64,000 nt of DNA from an uncultured beta proteobacterium (GTDB lineage Bacteria; Pseudomonadota; Gammaproteobacteria; Burkholderiales; SG8-41). Shown piece by piece: positions 53,231-62,687 of this stretch (position 1 is the first letter of the stretch; each line of letters begins with the position of its first letter). The position numbers were made by a program, and so were the translations under genes. The notes beneath the pieces are model-generated. The model did not search any database and was not told the DNA's origin. It worked only from the letters and a program-made list of their open reading frames with translations. The stretch is from NCBI GenBank assembly GCA_963804885.1, contig CAWDSF010000019.1, positions 19,215-83,214 of the forward strand, given 5' to 3'.

Positions 53231-53522
53231 GGTGCCCTCGCCGGATTGATGAAGCTGTTTGATTGCTAATTGTGTCCGCTAGCAAACTTACTAGTCCTGA
53301 TTCTCCGATCGCTCTCAAGCAATAACTCGTCGTCGCGCGATGAACGCGATCGCGCGTCGCACGACACGACGATGGCGTTGCACAACGACAGCGACGTGAG
53401 AAATCGCGCCGGTTTTTCGATCATGTCATCGGCGAAACGAACATCGTCGCCAAATTGCCGCGATGCGACGTGCAATTGCGGAAATGCGAAGCCGGGCACT
53501 GGGCGCGACCGTGATCGAAATG

Positions 53523-55999
53523 TCACGCGTCGCGCCGGCAAGCGTCGTGGTTTTCGAGAGTGCCAGACCTTGACAGCGGCACCTTCGGCACCGTACCGCC
53601 GCGCGGCGGACCGCCGTCTTCGACCGGGCGGCTTCGGTTTCCGGACCCCGGCCGGCGCGGCTTGGCGCGCCTCGGGAATTGTCTCCGGCTTCGGCGTCAC
53701 CGGCCCCTCGACGTACTCGAAGCCGAGCTTGTCCCTGCCGATCTCGTCCTTGATGACGACCACGCGGACATGGCCGCCGTTCTTCAGCTTGCCGAACAGA
53801 ACCTCGTCGGCGAGCGGCTTCTTGATGTGCTCCTGGATCACGCGCGCCATCGGGCGGGCGCCCATCAGCTCGTCGTAGCCGTTGGCGATCAGCCAGCGCG
53901 ACGCCTCCTCCGAGAGCTCGATGGTGACGTTGCGGTCGGCGAGCTGGGCTTCGAGCTGCAGCACGAACTTCTCGACCACCTGGCTGATGATCTCCGGCGA
54001 CAGGTGCGCGAAGGTGATGACGGCGTCGAGCCGGTTGCGGAATTCCGGCGCGAACAGCCGGTTGATCGCCTCCATGTCGTCGCCCTCGCGCTTGCTGCGC
54101 GTGAAGCCGATAGGCGGCCTTGGCCATGTCGGAGGCGCCGGCATTGGTGGTCATGATCAGGATGACGTTGCGGAAGTCGACCTGCTTGCCGTTGTGGTCG
54201 GTCAGCTTGCCGTGATCCATGATCTGCAGCAGCACGTTGAACAGGTCGGGGTGCGCCTTCTCGATCTCGTCGAGCAGCAGCACGCAGTGCGGATGCTGAT
54301 CGACGCCGTCGGTCAGCAGGCCGCCCTGGTCGAAGCCGACATAGCCGGGCGGCGCGCCGATCAGCCGCGAGACGGTGTGGCGCTCCATGTATTCCGACAT
54401 GTCGAAGCGGATCAGTTCGACGCCGAGGCTCGTTGGCGAGCTGCTTGGCCACCTCGGTCTTGCCGACGCCGGTCGGACCCGAGAACAGGTAGCAGCCGAT
54501 CGGCTTCTCCGGCTCGCGCAGACCGGCGCGCGCCAGCTTGATCGCCGACGACAGCGCCTCGATCGCTTTGTCCTGGCCGTACACCGTGGTCTTGAGCGTC
54601 TGCTCGAGATGCTGAAGCACCTCGGCGTCGTCCTTGGACACGGTCTTTGGCGGGATTCGCGCCATGGTGGCGATCGTGGTCTCGATCTCCTTGATGCCGA
54701 TGGTCTTCTTGCGCCGGCTCTCCGGCAGCAGCATCTGCGCCGCGCCGGACTCGTCGATCACGTCGATCGCCTTGTCGGGCAGCTTGCGGTCATGGATGTA
54801 GCTGCGCCGACAGCTCGACCGCCGCCTTGATGGCGTCGTTGGTGTACTTGAGCTTGTGGTAGGCCTCGAAATAGGGCTTGAGGCCCTTCAGGATCTCGAT
54901 CGCGTCCGCGACTGGTCGGCTCGTTGACGTCGATCTTCTGGAAGCGGCGCACCAGCGCCCGATCCTTCTCGAAATACTGCCGGTATTCCTTGTAGGTGGT
55001 CGAGCCGATGCAGCGGATCGTGCCGCCGGCGAGCGCCGGCTTGAGCAGGTTGGATGCGTCCATCGCGCCGCCCGAGGTGGCGCCGGCGCCGATCACGGTG
55101 TGGATCTCGTCGATGAACATGATCGCGCCCGGATAGGCCTCGATCTCCTTGATCACCTGCTTGAGCCGCTCCTCGAAGTCGCCGCGATAGCGGGTGCCGG
55201 CGAGCAGCGTGCCCATGTCGAGCGCGAACACCGTCGCGTTCTTCAGCACGTCCGGCACCTCGCCGTGGACGATGCGGCGCGCCAGACCTTCGGCGATGGC
55301 GGTCTTGCCGACGCCGGCATCGCCGACGAACAGCGGATTGTTCTTCTGGCGGCGGCACAGCACCTGGATGCGTGCGGCTGATTTCGCCGGTCGCGGCCGA
55401 TCAGCGGATCGATCTTGCCTTCCTTCGCCTTCTTGTTGAGGTTGACGCAATAGGCCTCCAGCGCGTCGCCCTTCTTCTTGGGCTCGTCGCCGTTGCTTCC
55501 GCCCTTCGCGTCTCCTCCTCGTCGCTGCCGCGCACCGGGCGCGACTCCGACATGCCCCGGCCCGCTTGGCGATGCCGTGGCTGATGTAGTTGACCGCGTC
55601 GTAGCGGGTCATGTCCTGCTCTTGCAGGAAATAGGCGGCGTGGCTCTCGCGCTCGGCGAAGATCGCGACCAGCACATTGGCGCCGGTGACCTCTTCGCGG
55701 CCCGAGGACTGCACATGGATCACGGCGCGCTGGATCACGCGCTGGAAGCCGGCGGTCGGCTTGCTGTCGTCGCCGCCGTCGGTGACGAGATTTTCCAGTT
55801 CGGATTCGAGATAGGAACCGAGGTTGCGCTTCAGCTTGTCGAGATCGACGTTGCAGGCGCGCATCACGGCGGCGGCGTCCTGATCGTCGATCAGCGCGAG
55901 CAGCAGATGTTCGAGCGTCGCGTATTCGTGATGACGCTCGTTGGCGAGCGCCAGGGCCCGGTGCAGCGATTGCTCGAGGTTGCGCGAGAAGGTCGGCAT
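53523..55999 (-). pseudogene. clpA: ATP-dependent Clp protease ATP-binding subunit ClpA; many frame changes, 3' end uncertain
   Basis: [39 protein letters not shown] ... [20 protein letters not shown] ... [29 protein letters not shown] (ORF 54758-55999), [18 protein letters not shown] (53889-54761), [30 protein letters not shown]...[24 protein letters not shown] (53426-54400), [11 protein letters not shown]...[14 protein letters not shown] (53266-54144). Confidence 0.93.
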
Positions 56000-56052
56000 T
56001 CAGATGTTCCATTCCACTTTGTATTGGACGCTGCCCCCCAGGGCTTGATTGT

Positions 56053-56382
56053 CTTCTTCTCCATCACGCACTGCAAAGGATGCTGGTGTTTGCGGGCGAA
56101 GTCCATGACCTGCGTCACCTTGGTCTCCGCCACTTCGTAGGTATAGACGCCGCATTCGCCGATGCCGTGGTTGTGCACATGCAAGCATGATGCGGGTCGC
56201 GGCTTCGCGGTCCTTGTTGAAAAACCGCTCCAGCACGTGAACCACGAACTCCATCGGCGTGTAGTCGTCGTTCAGGATCAGCACCCGGTAGAGATTTGGC
56301 CGCTTGGTCTGCGGCTTTGTTTTCGTGATGACCGCCGTGCCGGGCGGCGTGCCACGGTCGCCACCCTTGCGGCGCTCGTCAT
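56053..56382 (-). pseudogene. clpS: ClpS adaptor protein; frame changes, ends approximate
   Basis: [48 protein letters not shown] (ORF 56000-56764), then [43 protein letters not shown] (ORF 55891-56184). A likely ATG is at 56380-56382. Confidence 0.85.
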
Positions 56383-56803
56383 CGCCGGCGAGCCGCAGGG
56401 CGCGGCCGCCCCCGGTCTGAAAACCGCCCGGACGGGGCGGTTTGGGGGGCCGGCAAATCTGGTCAACAATTGGTTCATGGCGGTGCGGCGGCGGCCTCGG
56501 ACCGCAAAGCGGTCGGTCGGAGGTTAAGTCCCTACTGTCGTCATCATAAAGGCCCAGCCGCCGCCCTGCCAGATCGCTGTCTGCGCACCATGCACAGCCT
56601 TTGAGCGTCCGGCCGGCGCGGCCGCGCGGCACCTGTCCCAACTTGGACTTAAGATAGGATCGAACGCCCGGAGCGCAATTGCGCGCAATTCGCGGCTGAA
56701 TTGTCGAAAATTCCAAGCTTTCTCGACATTCAATTTCAAGAATTAAGACCGAAGATCGCGGCAACTTAAACCCAAATTGTGAACCGCAACCTCGGGGGTT
56801 TCG

Positions 56804-58030
56804 ATGCCGCTTAGCCGCTTCCTGCGGAACCGTGACGCTGGCGTGGCGCCCATGCTGGCGCTCGCCGCCCTGCCATTGTTCGGCTTTGCCGGCGCCGCCG
56901 TCGACTTCAGCCGAGCCGCCTCGGTGCGCACCTCGATGCAGGCCGCGCTCGATGCCAGCGCTCTGATAATGGCGAAAAGCGCGAAAAACGCCGACGCAAC
57001 GGTGCTCAACGCGGACGCGACCCAGTACTTCAACGCCAATTTTCAGAATTCAGAGATCCAAAATCTGAACACGTCGGCCGCCACGTCTTCGACGTCCAAC
57101 GGCTATTCCGCGACCCTGACGGCTTCGGGCTCGATCAAGTCTAAATTTATGGGAATGATCGGATTTTCAAGCCTCAACGTTTCGGTGCATTCCACCGCAA
57201 CATCCTACGCCGACGGCCTCGGGTGCGTCCTGTCCTTGAACCGGCATGCCAGCGGAGCGGTCACCGGACAAGGCAGCACCAACGTGGTGCTGAATGGCTG
57301 CAGCATTTACGACAACTCCGATCATGCGACGGCGATGGTTGCCGGCGGATCGGCCCATCTGACCGCCTTGTCGGTCGGCGTCGTCGGCAATCTGACCGGG
57401 ACCGAAAACATCACGACGACGGCGGGCATCAGGACCGGCGTCTCACCGGTTACCGATCCCTATGCTTACCACTCATTCCCGGCATTCGGCGGATGCACCG
57501 AGAACAATTTCACCGGCAAGAACACGATCACGATCAACCCCGGTGTGTATTGCGGTGGCATTTCGATCAATGCCGGCGCGGTCGTCACCCTCAATCCGGG
57601 CATCTATTATCTCGACGGCGGCAACCTGTCGGTCAACGGCGGCGGCACGCTTCAGGGCACCGGCGTGACGCTGGTGTTCACGTCGCAAAACCGCAACGGC
57701 TTTGCGACCGCATCCATCAATGGCAATGCCACCGTCAACTTGACGCCGCCGACCACCGGCGGCACCGCGGGCATCGTCGTTTTCGGAGATCGCCGGATGC
57801 CGGTCGGCACCGATTTCAAGTTCAATGGCGGTGCAAATCAGTATCTTGGTGGCGCGATCTACGTGCCGACCGGGGCGCTTAGTTTTGCCGGTGGCATGGG
57901 GACCAGCACGAGCTGCACTCAACTGATCGGGAACACCATCACGTTCACCGGCAATTCGTCGTTCGCGCTGAATTGCAACGGTTACGGCACCAAACCGTTC
58001 AGCCCCCTCATGGTGAAATTGACGTCGTAA
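56804..58030 (+). CDS. TadG-like (TadE/G N-terminal domain) putative Flp-pilus-associated protein
   Basis: Intact 408-aa ORF. The N-terminus [33 protein letters not shown] is the TadE/G-like prepilin-type segment. The rest is Gly/Asn/Thr-rich with beta-helix-like repeats, and the gene is visibly less GC-rich than its neighbours. Confidence 0.75.
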   Translation: MPLSRFLRNRDAGVAPMLALAALPLFGFAGAAVDFSRAASVRTSMQAALDASALIMAKSAKNADATVLNADATQYFNANFQNSEIQNLNTSAATSSTSNGYSATLTASGSIKSKFMGMIGFSSLNVSVHSTATSYADGLGCVLSLNRHASGAVTGQGSTNVVLNGCSIYDNSDHATAMVAGGSAHLTALSVGVVGNLTGTENITTTAGIRTGVSPVTDPYAYHSFPAFGGCTENNFTGKNTITINPGVYCGGISINAGAVVTLNPGIYYLDGGNLSVNGGGTLQGTGVTLVFTSQNRNGFATASINGNATVNLTPPTTGGTAGIVVFGDRRMPVGTDFKFNGGANQYLGGAIYVPTGALSFAGGMGTSTSCTQLIGNTITFTGNSSFALNCNGYGTKPFSPLMVKLTS

Positions 58031-58044
58031 GCGGCGCACCTCTC

Positions 58045-58446
58045 GGCGGGTTCCTGCAAGCCGCGGCGCCGGCGTTGCCACGATGCTGGCGCTCGCTGCT
58101 CGGCAGGCCCGTCTGGAGCAGCGTTTTTAAATCGATCGCGCGGCAAATGCTCGCCAATCTGCGCATCAACAAATGATCGCACACCAGTCGCTGCGGCCGA
58201 AACGGCCGCGGCGACATCGTGGTTGACGAGCCGCTAAGGGGTTTTTGAGCGTTACCGCAGAACCGCGGTTTACGAAGGTCAACACCGGCGCCGATCCGAC
58301 TCCGACGCTGCTGCAGAACTGCGCGGGTAGCCCGGGCAAATATCCGGACGCCAGCAAGTTCTTCCTGCTCACGTCGGCGAGCCAGATGGTCACGACGTTC
58401 AAGGAGATCGGGACCAAGCTCGCCAAGTCTCCGCATCTCGCAATAA
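58045..58446 (+). pseudogene. Remnants (N- and C-terminal ends only) of a second TadG/vWA-type gene
   Basis: 58071-58100 (GVATMLALAA) matches 24 of 30 nt of the N-terminal segment of the upstream gene. ORF 58245-58544 encodes ...CAGSPGKYPDASKFFLLTSASQMVTTFKEIGTKLAK, and a 1-nt shift gives LRISQ-TAA (58444-58446). This resembles the usual C-terminus of such proteins, and a terminator follows. Confidence 0.5.
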
Positions 58447-58466
58447 CCGCGGATCATCCAAACGAC

Positions 58467-58497
58467 AAAGCCCGGCCTCGCGGCCGGGCTTTTGTTT
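58467..58497 (+). terminator. Rho-independent terminator after the TadG-like remnant
   Basis: aaagcccggcc-tcgc-ggccgggcttt followed by tgtttg. Confidence 0.7.
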
Positions 58498-58552
58498 GCG
58501 ACGCTTTGCGGAAGGTCTGCTGGATTTTTGGGCGAATGATGTAAGCGGACCG

Positions 58553-58587
58553 CCAACAAAAAAGCCCGGCCTCTGCGGCCGGGCTTT
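58553..58587 (-). terminator. Rho-independent terminator of the phasin gene
   Basis: The same hairpin core (aaagcccggcc-tctgc-ggccgggcttt), with a T6 run on the minus strand, about 50 nt after the phasin stop. Confidence 0.8.
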
Positions 58588-58635
58588 GAAGACGCAACGC
58601 TACGCTTTTTACGACGCAACGCTACATTACGAATT

Positions 58636-58974
58636 TCACTTCGACTGCGCGGTCTGGGCGACGTAGGCCTCGAACGGCTTGTAGGTCTCCTTGGCGAAAT
58701 CGGCATAGAGCTCGCCGATCTTGGTCGCCTGGGCGACAAAGCCCTCATACGCGGTCTTGGCGTAGTCGGTCTGGATCTCGATCGCTTTGTCGAGCGACTT
58801 GGCGCCGAGCAGCTTCTCCATGACCTTGGTGCTGTCCTCGAACGACTTCTTGGAATAGTCGACGAGTTCCGCGGCGATCGTCTGGCTCGCCTTGGACAGG
58901 GCGCCGAACGACTTCATCGTCGCGTCCATGTTGTCTTTGCTCAGCTTCTGCACGTCTTCGAAATTCTTGAACAT
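58636..58974 (-). CDS. Phasin family (PHB granule-associated) protein
   Basis: In-frame ATG at 58974 within ORF 58636-59031. MFKNFEDVQKLSKDNMDATMKSFGALSKASQTIAAELVDYSKKSFEDSTKVMEKLLGAKSLDKAIEIQTDYAKTAYEGF... is typical alphaproteobacterial phasin. Confidence 0.9.
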   Translation of the reverse strand: MFKNFEDVQKLSKDNMDATMKSFGALSKASQTIAAELVDYSKKSFEDSTKVMEKLLGAKSLDKAIEIQTDYAKTAYEGFVAQATKIGELYADFAKETYKPFEAYVAQTAQSK

Positions 58975-59086
58975 TGGGTCTCTCTCCGTTCCGCCGCCGC
59001 GGAACCCTTGGGGTTTCGTTTGGGGCTTCATCTCGATGTTGCTTGCACCTTGCGCAGCTCAACCGCTCGCATAGGAGGCAATATAT

Positions 59087-59125
59087 TGCACTGCACAAAA
59101 AAGGCAAGAGAAATTTTGCGGTGCA
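59087..59125. promoter_or_regulatory. Two TGC-N3-GCA boxes upstream of the phasin gene (candidate PhaR operator)
   Basis: TTGCACTGCAC (box at 59087-59095) and TTGCGGTGCAC (59117-59125), 113-151 nt upstream of the phasin ATG in an AT-richer stretch. Confidence 0.4.
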
Positions 59126-59325
59126 CTCAAAATCGCCGAAAAGCTGTGGCCAAGGGCCACTTACCCTTGATTCGGTTTAACTTTTTGGCAACCCCATCGC
59201 CATAGTTTTGATCGCTGTGCCGCCAACGCCACGATTCGGCCGGCTAGGCGGTGGTCGAGGGCGCGGCAGGCAACCGCGGGCGTCGGGGCCGTCCAGCTTG
59301 GTCGGTCGTAAACGGGGATGGGATC

Positions 59326-60959
59326 ATGGTACGCGTGCCGGTCGGAGCCTCACGCGGGCTTCGTTGGGGGTGCTTGACCCTCGCCGCAATGGTGGCGCTG
59401 CTTGCACTCACCACCGATCCGGCGGATGCGCGTCGGCGCAAGCGCCACGTCAACTTCAAGCGCAGCCACGCCACCGAGAGCTACAACCCGCCCTACGCCG
59501 CCATCGTGGTCGACGCCCGCAACGGCGCGGTGCTGCACCAGAGCGCCGCCGACAGCCCCCGCCACCCGGCCTCGCTCACCAAGATCATGACGCTCTATTT
59601 GCTGTTCGAGCGGCTCGACAGCGGCCGCATCACGCTCGACACGCCGATGGAGGTGTCGGAGTTCGCTGCGAGCCAGGCGCCGACCAAGCTCGGGCTCAAG
59701 CCCGGCCAGCACCATTCGGGTCGAGGACGCGATCAAGGGCCTGGTCACCAAGTCGGCCAATGACGCGGCCGTGGTGGTGGCCGAGACGCTCGGCGGCGGC
59801 GAAGAGGAATTCGCCCGCGCCATGACGCGCAAGGCGCACGCGCTCGGCATGCGCCACACCGTCTACCGCAATGCCTCCGGCCTGCCGGACGACGAGCAGG
59901 TGACCACTGCGCGCGACCAGGCGCTGCTCGGCATCGCGATCCAGGAGCGCTTTCCGAAGCTACTACCGGTATTTCTCGCTGGCGAGCTTTGTCTATCGCG
60001 GCCGCGCCATGGCCAACCACAACCGGCTGCTCGGACGGGTCGAAGGCGTCGACGGCATCAAGACCGGCTATACGCGGTCGTCGGGCTTCAACCTGGTCAC
60101 CTCGGTCAAGCGCGGCGCCAAGCGCATCGTCGCGGTGGTGCTGGGCGGCCGTTCGGGCCGGGCGCGCGACGCGCGCATGCGCGACCTGATCGACAGCCAC
60201 ATCGCCGGGGCCTCGACCCGACGACACCGTCGTCGCCGTCGCCGAGAAGGCCGAGCCCAAGACCGCCGAGGTTGCGCCGCGGCTAGAACTGGCGACCAAA
60301 CTTGAATCGGCCGCCAAAGCCGTGCTGGCAGCGGCAGGCTCGACGCCGAGTTGCCGCCCCCACCGCCGGTCAGCGACGCCACCGCAACCATCACCGCTCC
60401 GGGCTCGAGCGCGCCGATCACGCCGGTCAAGGTCAAGACCGTGACGGTGAAGCTCGTGCCGCCCAAGCACGCCGTCGCCACGGCAGCCGCAAAACCTGTG
60501 TCGCCGGCGCCGGCCAAGCCCGAGCCCGTGCAAAGCTCGAGCCCGGCGAAGCAGGACGAGGCGGCGGCGCCCGCCTCGCGTCTGCGAGCAGCCGGCCCGA
60601 GCGTACTCGGCGCGCTGCCCGCCATGGTGGTCGCCGCCAAAGAAGCGGCCGTGCCGGCGGCCAAGGCCGAAGAGGCGCTGATCCCGACTGCCGCTTCCGC
60701 CCGCCACAGCATTCGCCACGGCTGGATCGTCCAGGTCGGCGCCTACGAAAGCGAAGCCGAGGCGAAGGAAAAGCTCAGCTCGGCGCAGAGCAAGGCCGCA
60801 GCGCTCTTGCAAAGGACCGAGGCCTACACCGAGCGCACCACCCGGGGCGAGAAGACCTACTTCCGCGCGCGCTTCGCGGGTTTCGACCGCGATCGGGCCG
60901 AGGCGGTGTGCAAGCGGCTCAAGCGCGAAGACATCGTCTGCATGGCGCTAAAAATCTGA
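59326..60959 (+). pseudogene. D-alanyl-D-alanine carboxypeptidase (class C PBP) with C-terminal SPOR domain; several frame changes
   Basis: Signal peptide plus PASLTKIMT (SxxK) in ORF 59251-59763. KSANDAA (SxN) is by hand and in 59771-60286, KTGYT in 60009-60305. A Pro/Ala linker and SPOR domain GWIVQVGAYESEAEAKEKL...YFRARFAGFDRDRAEAVCKRLK lie in 60351-60959. Confidence 0.85.
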
Positions 60960-60970
60960 TCGCGCCGGCG

Positions 60971-61135
60971 CTAGTGTCGCGATTCGGAAGTTCGCCCGAG
61001 TTCTCAGCGCGCTCCTGAGCGAACTTCCGAATCAAAGCGGCACTAGCAACATCATGATTCTAGTGTCCCTTTGAACCCGAAGTTCGCAAAAGAGCTCGCC
61101 GCGCAATCGTGCGAACTTCGGGTTCGGGACACCAG
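60971..61135. repeat. Two tandem 76-bp palindromic (REP/RIME-like) elements
   Basis: Element A is 60971-61046 and element B is 61060-61135. Both start CTAGTGTC and contain GAAGTTCGC...GCGAACTTC. The inner stems are perfect: A gattcggaagttcgc/gcgaacttccgaatc, B gaacccgaagttcgca/tgcgaacttcgggttc. Confidence 0.8.
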
Positions 61136-61143
61136 CCCTTTAC

Positions 61144-61851
61144 TCAGCGCTGGCGGCGCAGCAACAGCTCTTTGGCTTCGTTGATCTGGGCCGCGAGGTA
61201 GGTCGAGCCGCCCTGATCGGGGTGCAGCTTCTTCATCAGCGAGCGGTGCGCCTTGCCGATCTCGTTCGCGCTCGCGCCGCGCGGCACGCCCAGGATTTGA
61301 TAGGCCTCCTCTTCGGTCATCTTGCCGCGCCGCTCCGGCGCCGGGCCGGCGGCGCCACTGGCCGCGCCTTGGGCGCGCTCGCGCCAGCTCGGCTCGCGGC
61401 GATCCAGATAGGCCTCCAGCAAGGCGCGGCTGTCGGCATCGACCTCGACCAGCAGGTCGAGCAGCGTGGTGAGATCGAGCGCGTCGAGGGCTGCACCTGC
61501 GTGACGGCCGGCCAGCATGCGGCCGCGCATGGCGCCGGTGTCGTGATCGAGCTCCATCTCGACAAAGCTCGCGCGCACCCGCGAAACCTGGCCGGGCGTC
61601 TTCTGCATGCGCTGGAACAGGCTGCTCGACGCAAACGGACCCCAGCCGAGCAGGCCGAGGCCGGCGAGACCGAGCGGGATCGCGACCTCAAGATGGCCGC
61701 GCAAGAGCAGGAATGCCGCCACCGCCAATGCCAGAATGCCGCCGGCCGGCCGCACCACCTTCACCAGCACCTTGGGGTCGGCCTTGGAATAGGCGTTGAG
61801 CCCCCACAGCACCAGCACCAGGACCAGGACACCGAAGATGATGGTCGGCAT
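61144..61851 (-). CDS. Membrane protein with C-terminal J domain (DnaJ-like)
   Basis: Intact 235-aa ORF with two N-terminal hydrophobic helices and a C-terminal J domain, EEEAYQILGVPRGASANEIGKAHRSLMKKLHPDQGGSTYLAAQINEAKELL (HPD motif). Confidence 0.8.
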   Translation of the reverse strand: MPTIIFGVLVLVLVLWGLNAYSKADPKVLVKVVRPAGGILALAVAAFLLLRGHLEVAIPLGLAGLGLLGWGPFASSSLFQRMQKTPGQVSRVRASFVEMELDHDTGAMRGRMLAGRHAGAALDALDLTTLLDLLVEVDADSRALLEAYLDRREPSWRERAQGAASGAAGPAPERRGKMTEEEAYQILGVPRGASANEIGKAHRSLMKKLHPDQGGSTYLAAQINEAKELLLRRQR

Positions 61852-61853
61852 GG

Positions 61854-62590
61854 CTATCGGAGCTGCGACAAGAGCTTGACCGCGCCGCCGCCGTCGTGCC
61901 GCGCCTTGAGGTTGGCCAGCGCCTTCATGCCGCCGGCGGCATAGGCCGCGACCGCGCGCAGCAGCTCGGCGAGCTCATGCGCGCGATCCCGCGTCGAACC
62001 GGCAATAGGCGCCGCGCGTCAGCCGCGCGATCTCGCGGAACGCGGGCTCTGCCACCGGATCGTGGCCCTCCTGGAACATGAAGGCCGGCACGCCGAGCAG
62101 ACCGAGCTGGCCGGCGGCGGCGCAAAGATCGTCGATCGGCTCCTCCATGGCGTCGCCGACGAACACCAGCGCCTGCACCTTCTGCTGTTCGTTCTCGCGG
62201 CGCGCATGCGCCAGGATCTTTCCGATCTGGGTGTGGCCGCCGCGGCAATCGATGCGCTCCATCAGCGAGCCAAGACCGCGCGCGTCGGACACCCAGCGCG
62301 ACGAGCGGCATTCGGCGAGCCCGCGGTAATAGACGAGCTGAACATCGAGGCCGCCGATCGCCGCCGTCTCGCGGAACATGTCGGCCTGCAGCCGGCAGGC
62401 GGTGTCCCATAGCGGCTGCCGGCTCATGGTGGCATCGAGCGCGAAAATCAGCCGTCCGCGCCGGCCGGACTGCGCGGTCGGGCCGAGCGAGCGGACCTGT
62501 TGCAGGAACGCGTCGACCTCGGCGCGGCCGGAGCCTGTTGGCCGGCTCGGAGCGGCCCTCGGTCGAGGCGGGGGTGCGGTCCTTGGTCAT
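61854..62590 (-). pseudogene. VWA domain-containing protein; frame changes
   Basis: MTKDRTPASTEGRSEPAN (ORF 61925-62605), LIFALDATMSRQPLWDTA...GGLDVQLVYYRGLAECRSSRWVSDARGL...VQALVFVGDAMEE (61975-62427). The end ...GGMKALANLKARHDGGGAVKLLSQLR-TAG at 61854-61856 is 2 nt before the J-domain gene start. Confidence 0.75.
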
Positions 62591-62687
62591 GGCGTTTGGC
62601 GGCATTCCATCGCCCTATAAGTGCGCCTTCGCGCGCCGGGCGCAATGGCCCAAGGCGCAGCAGAATGTCGCTTGCGGTAACGAATTC

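Noticed and set aside
15900-56400. Genuine genome decay, or programmed or recoding frameshifts, as the explanation for the broken housekeeping genes
   Set aside because: Single-copy, mostly essential genes (topA, gatCAB, plsY, pyrBC, clpA) are hit many times each, yet coding signal is fully preserved between breaks. There are no slippery-site or stimulator patterns. The surplus bases look like duplicated neighbours. Technical error is far more likely, but see the first finding for the test.
56524-56739. 71-aa minus-strand ORF upstream of clpS ([23 protein letters not shown]...)
   Set aside because: It has no recognisable family or clear ribosome-binding site, and its second half is Ala/Gly/Arg-rich. 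It lies in the clpS/TadG-like divergent promoter region, so support is insufficient.
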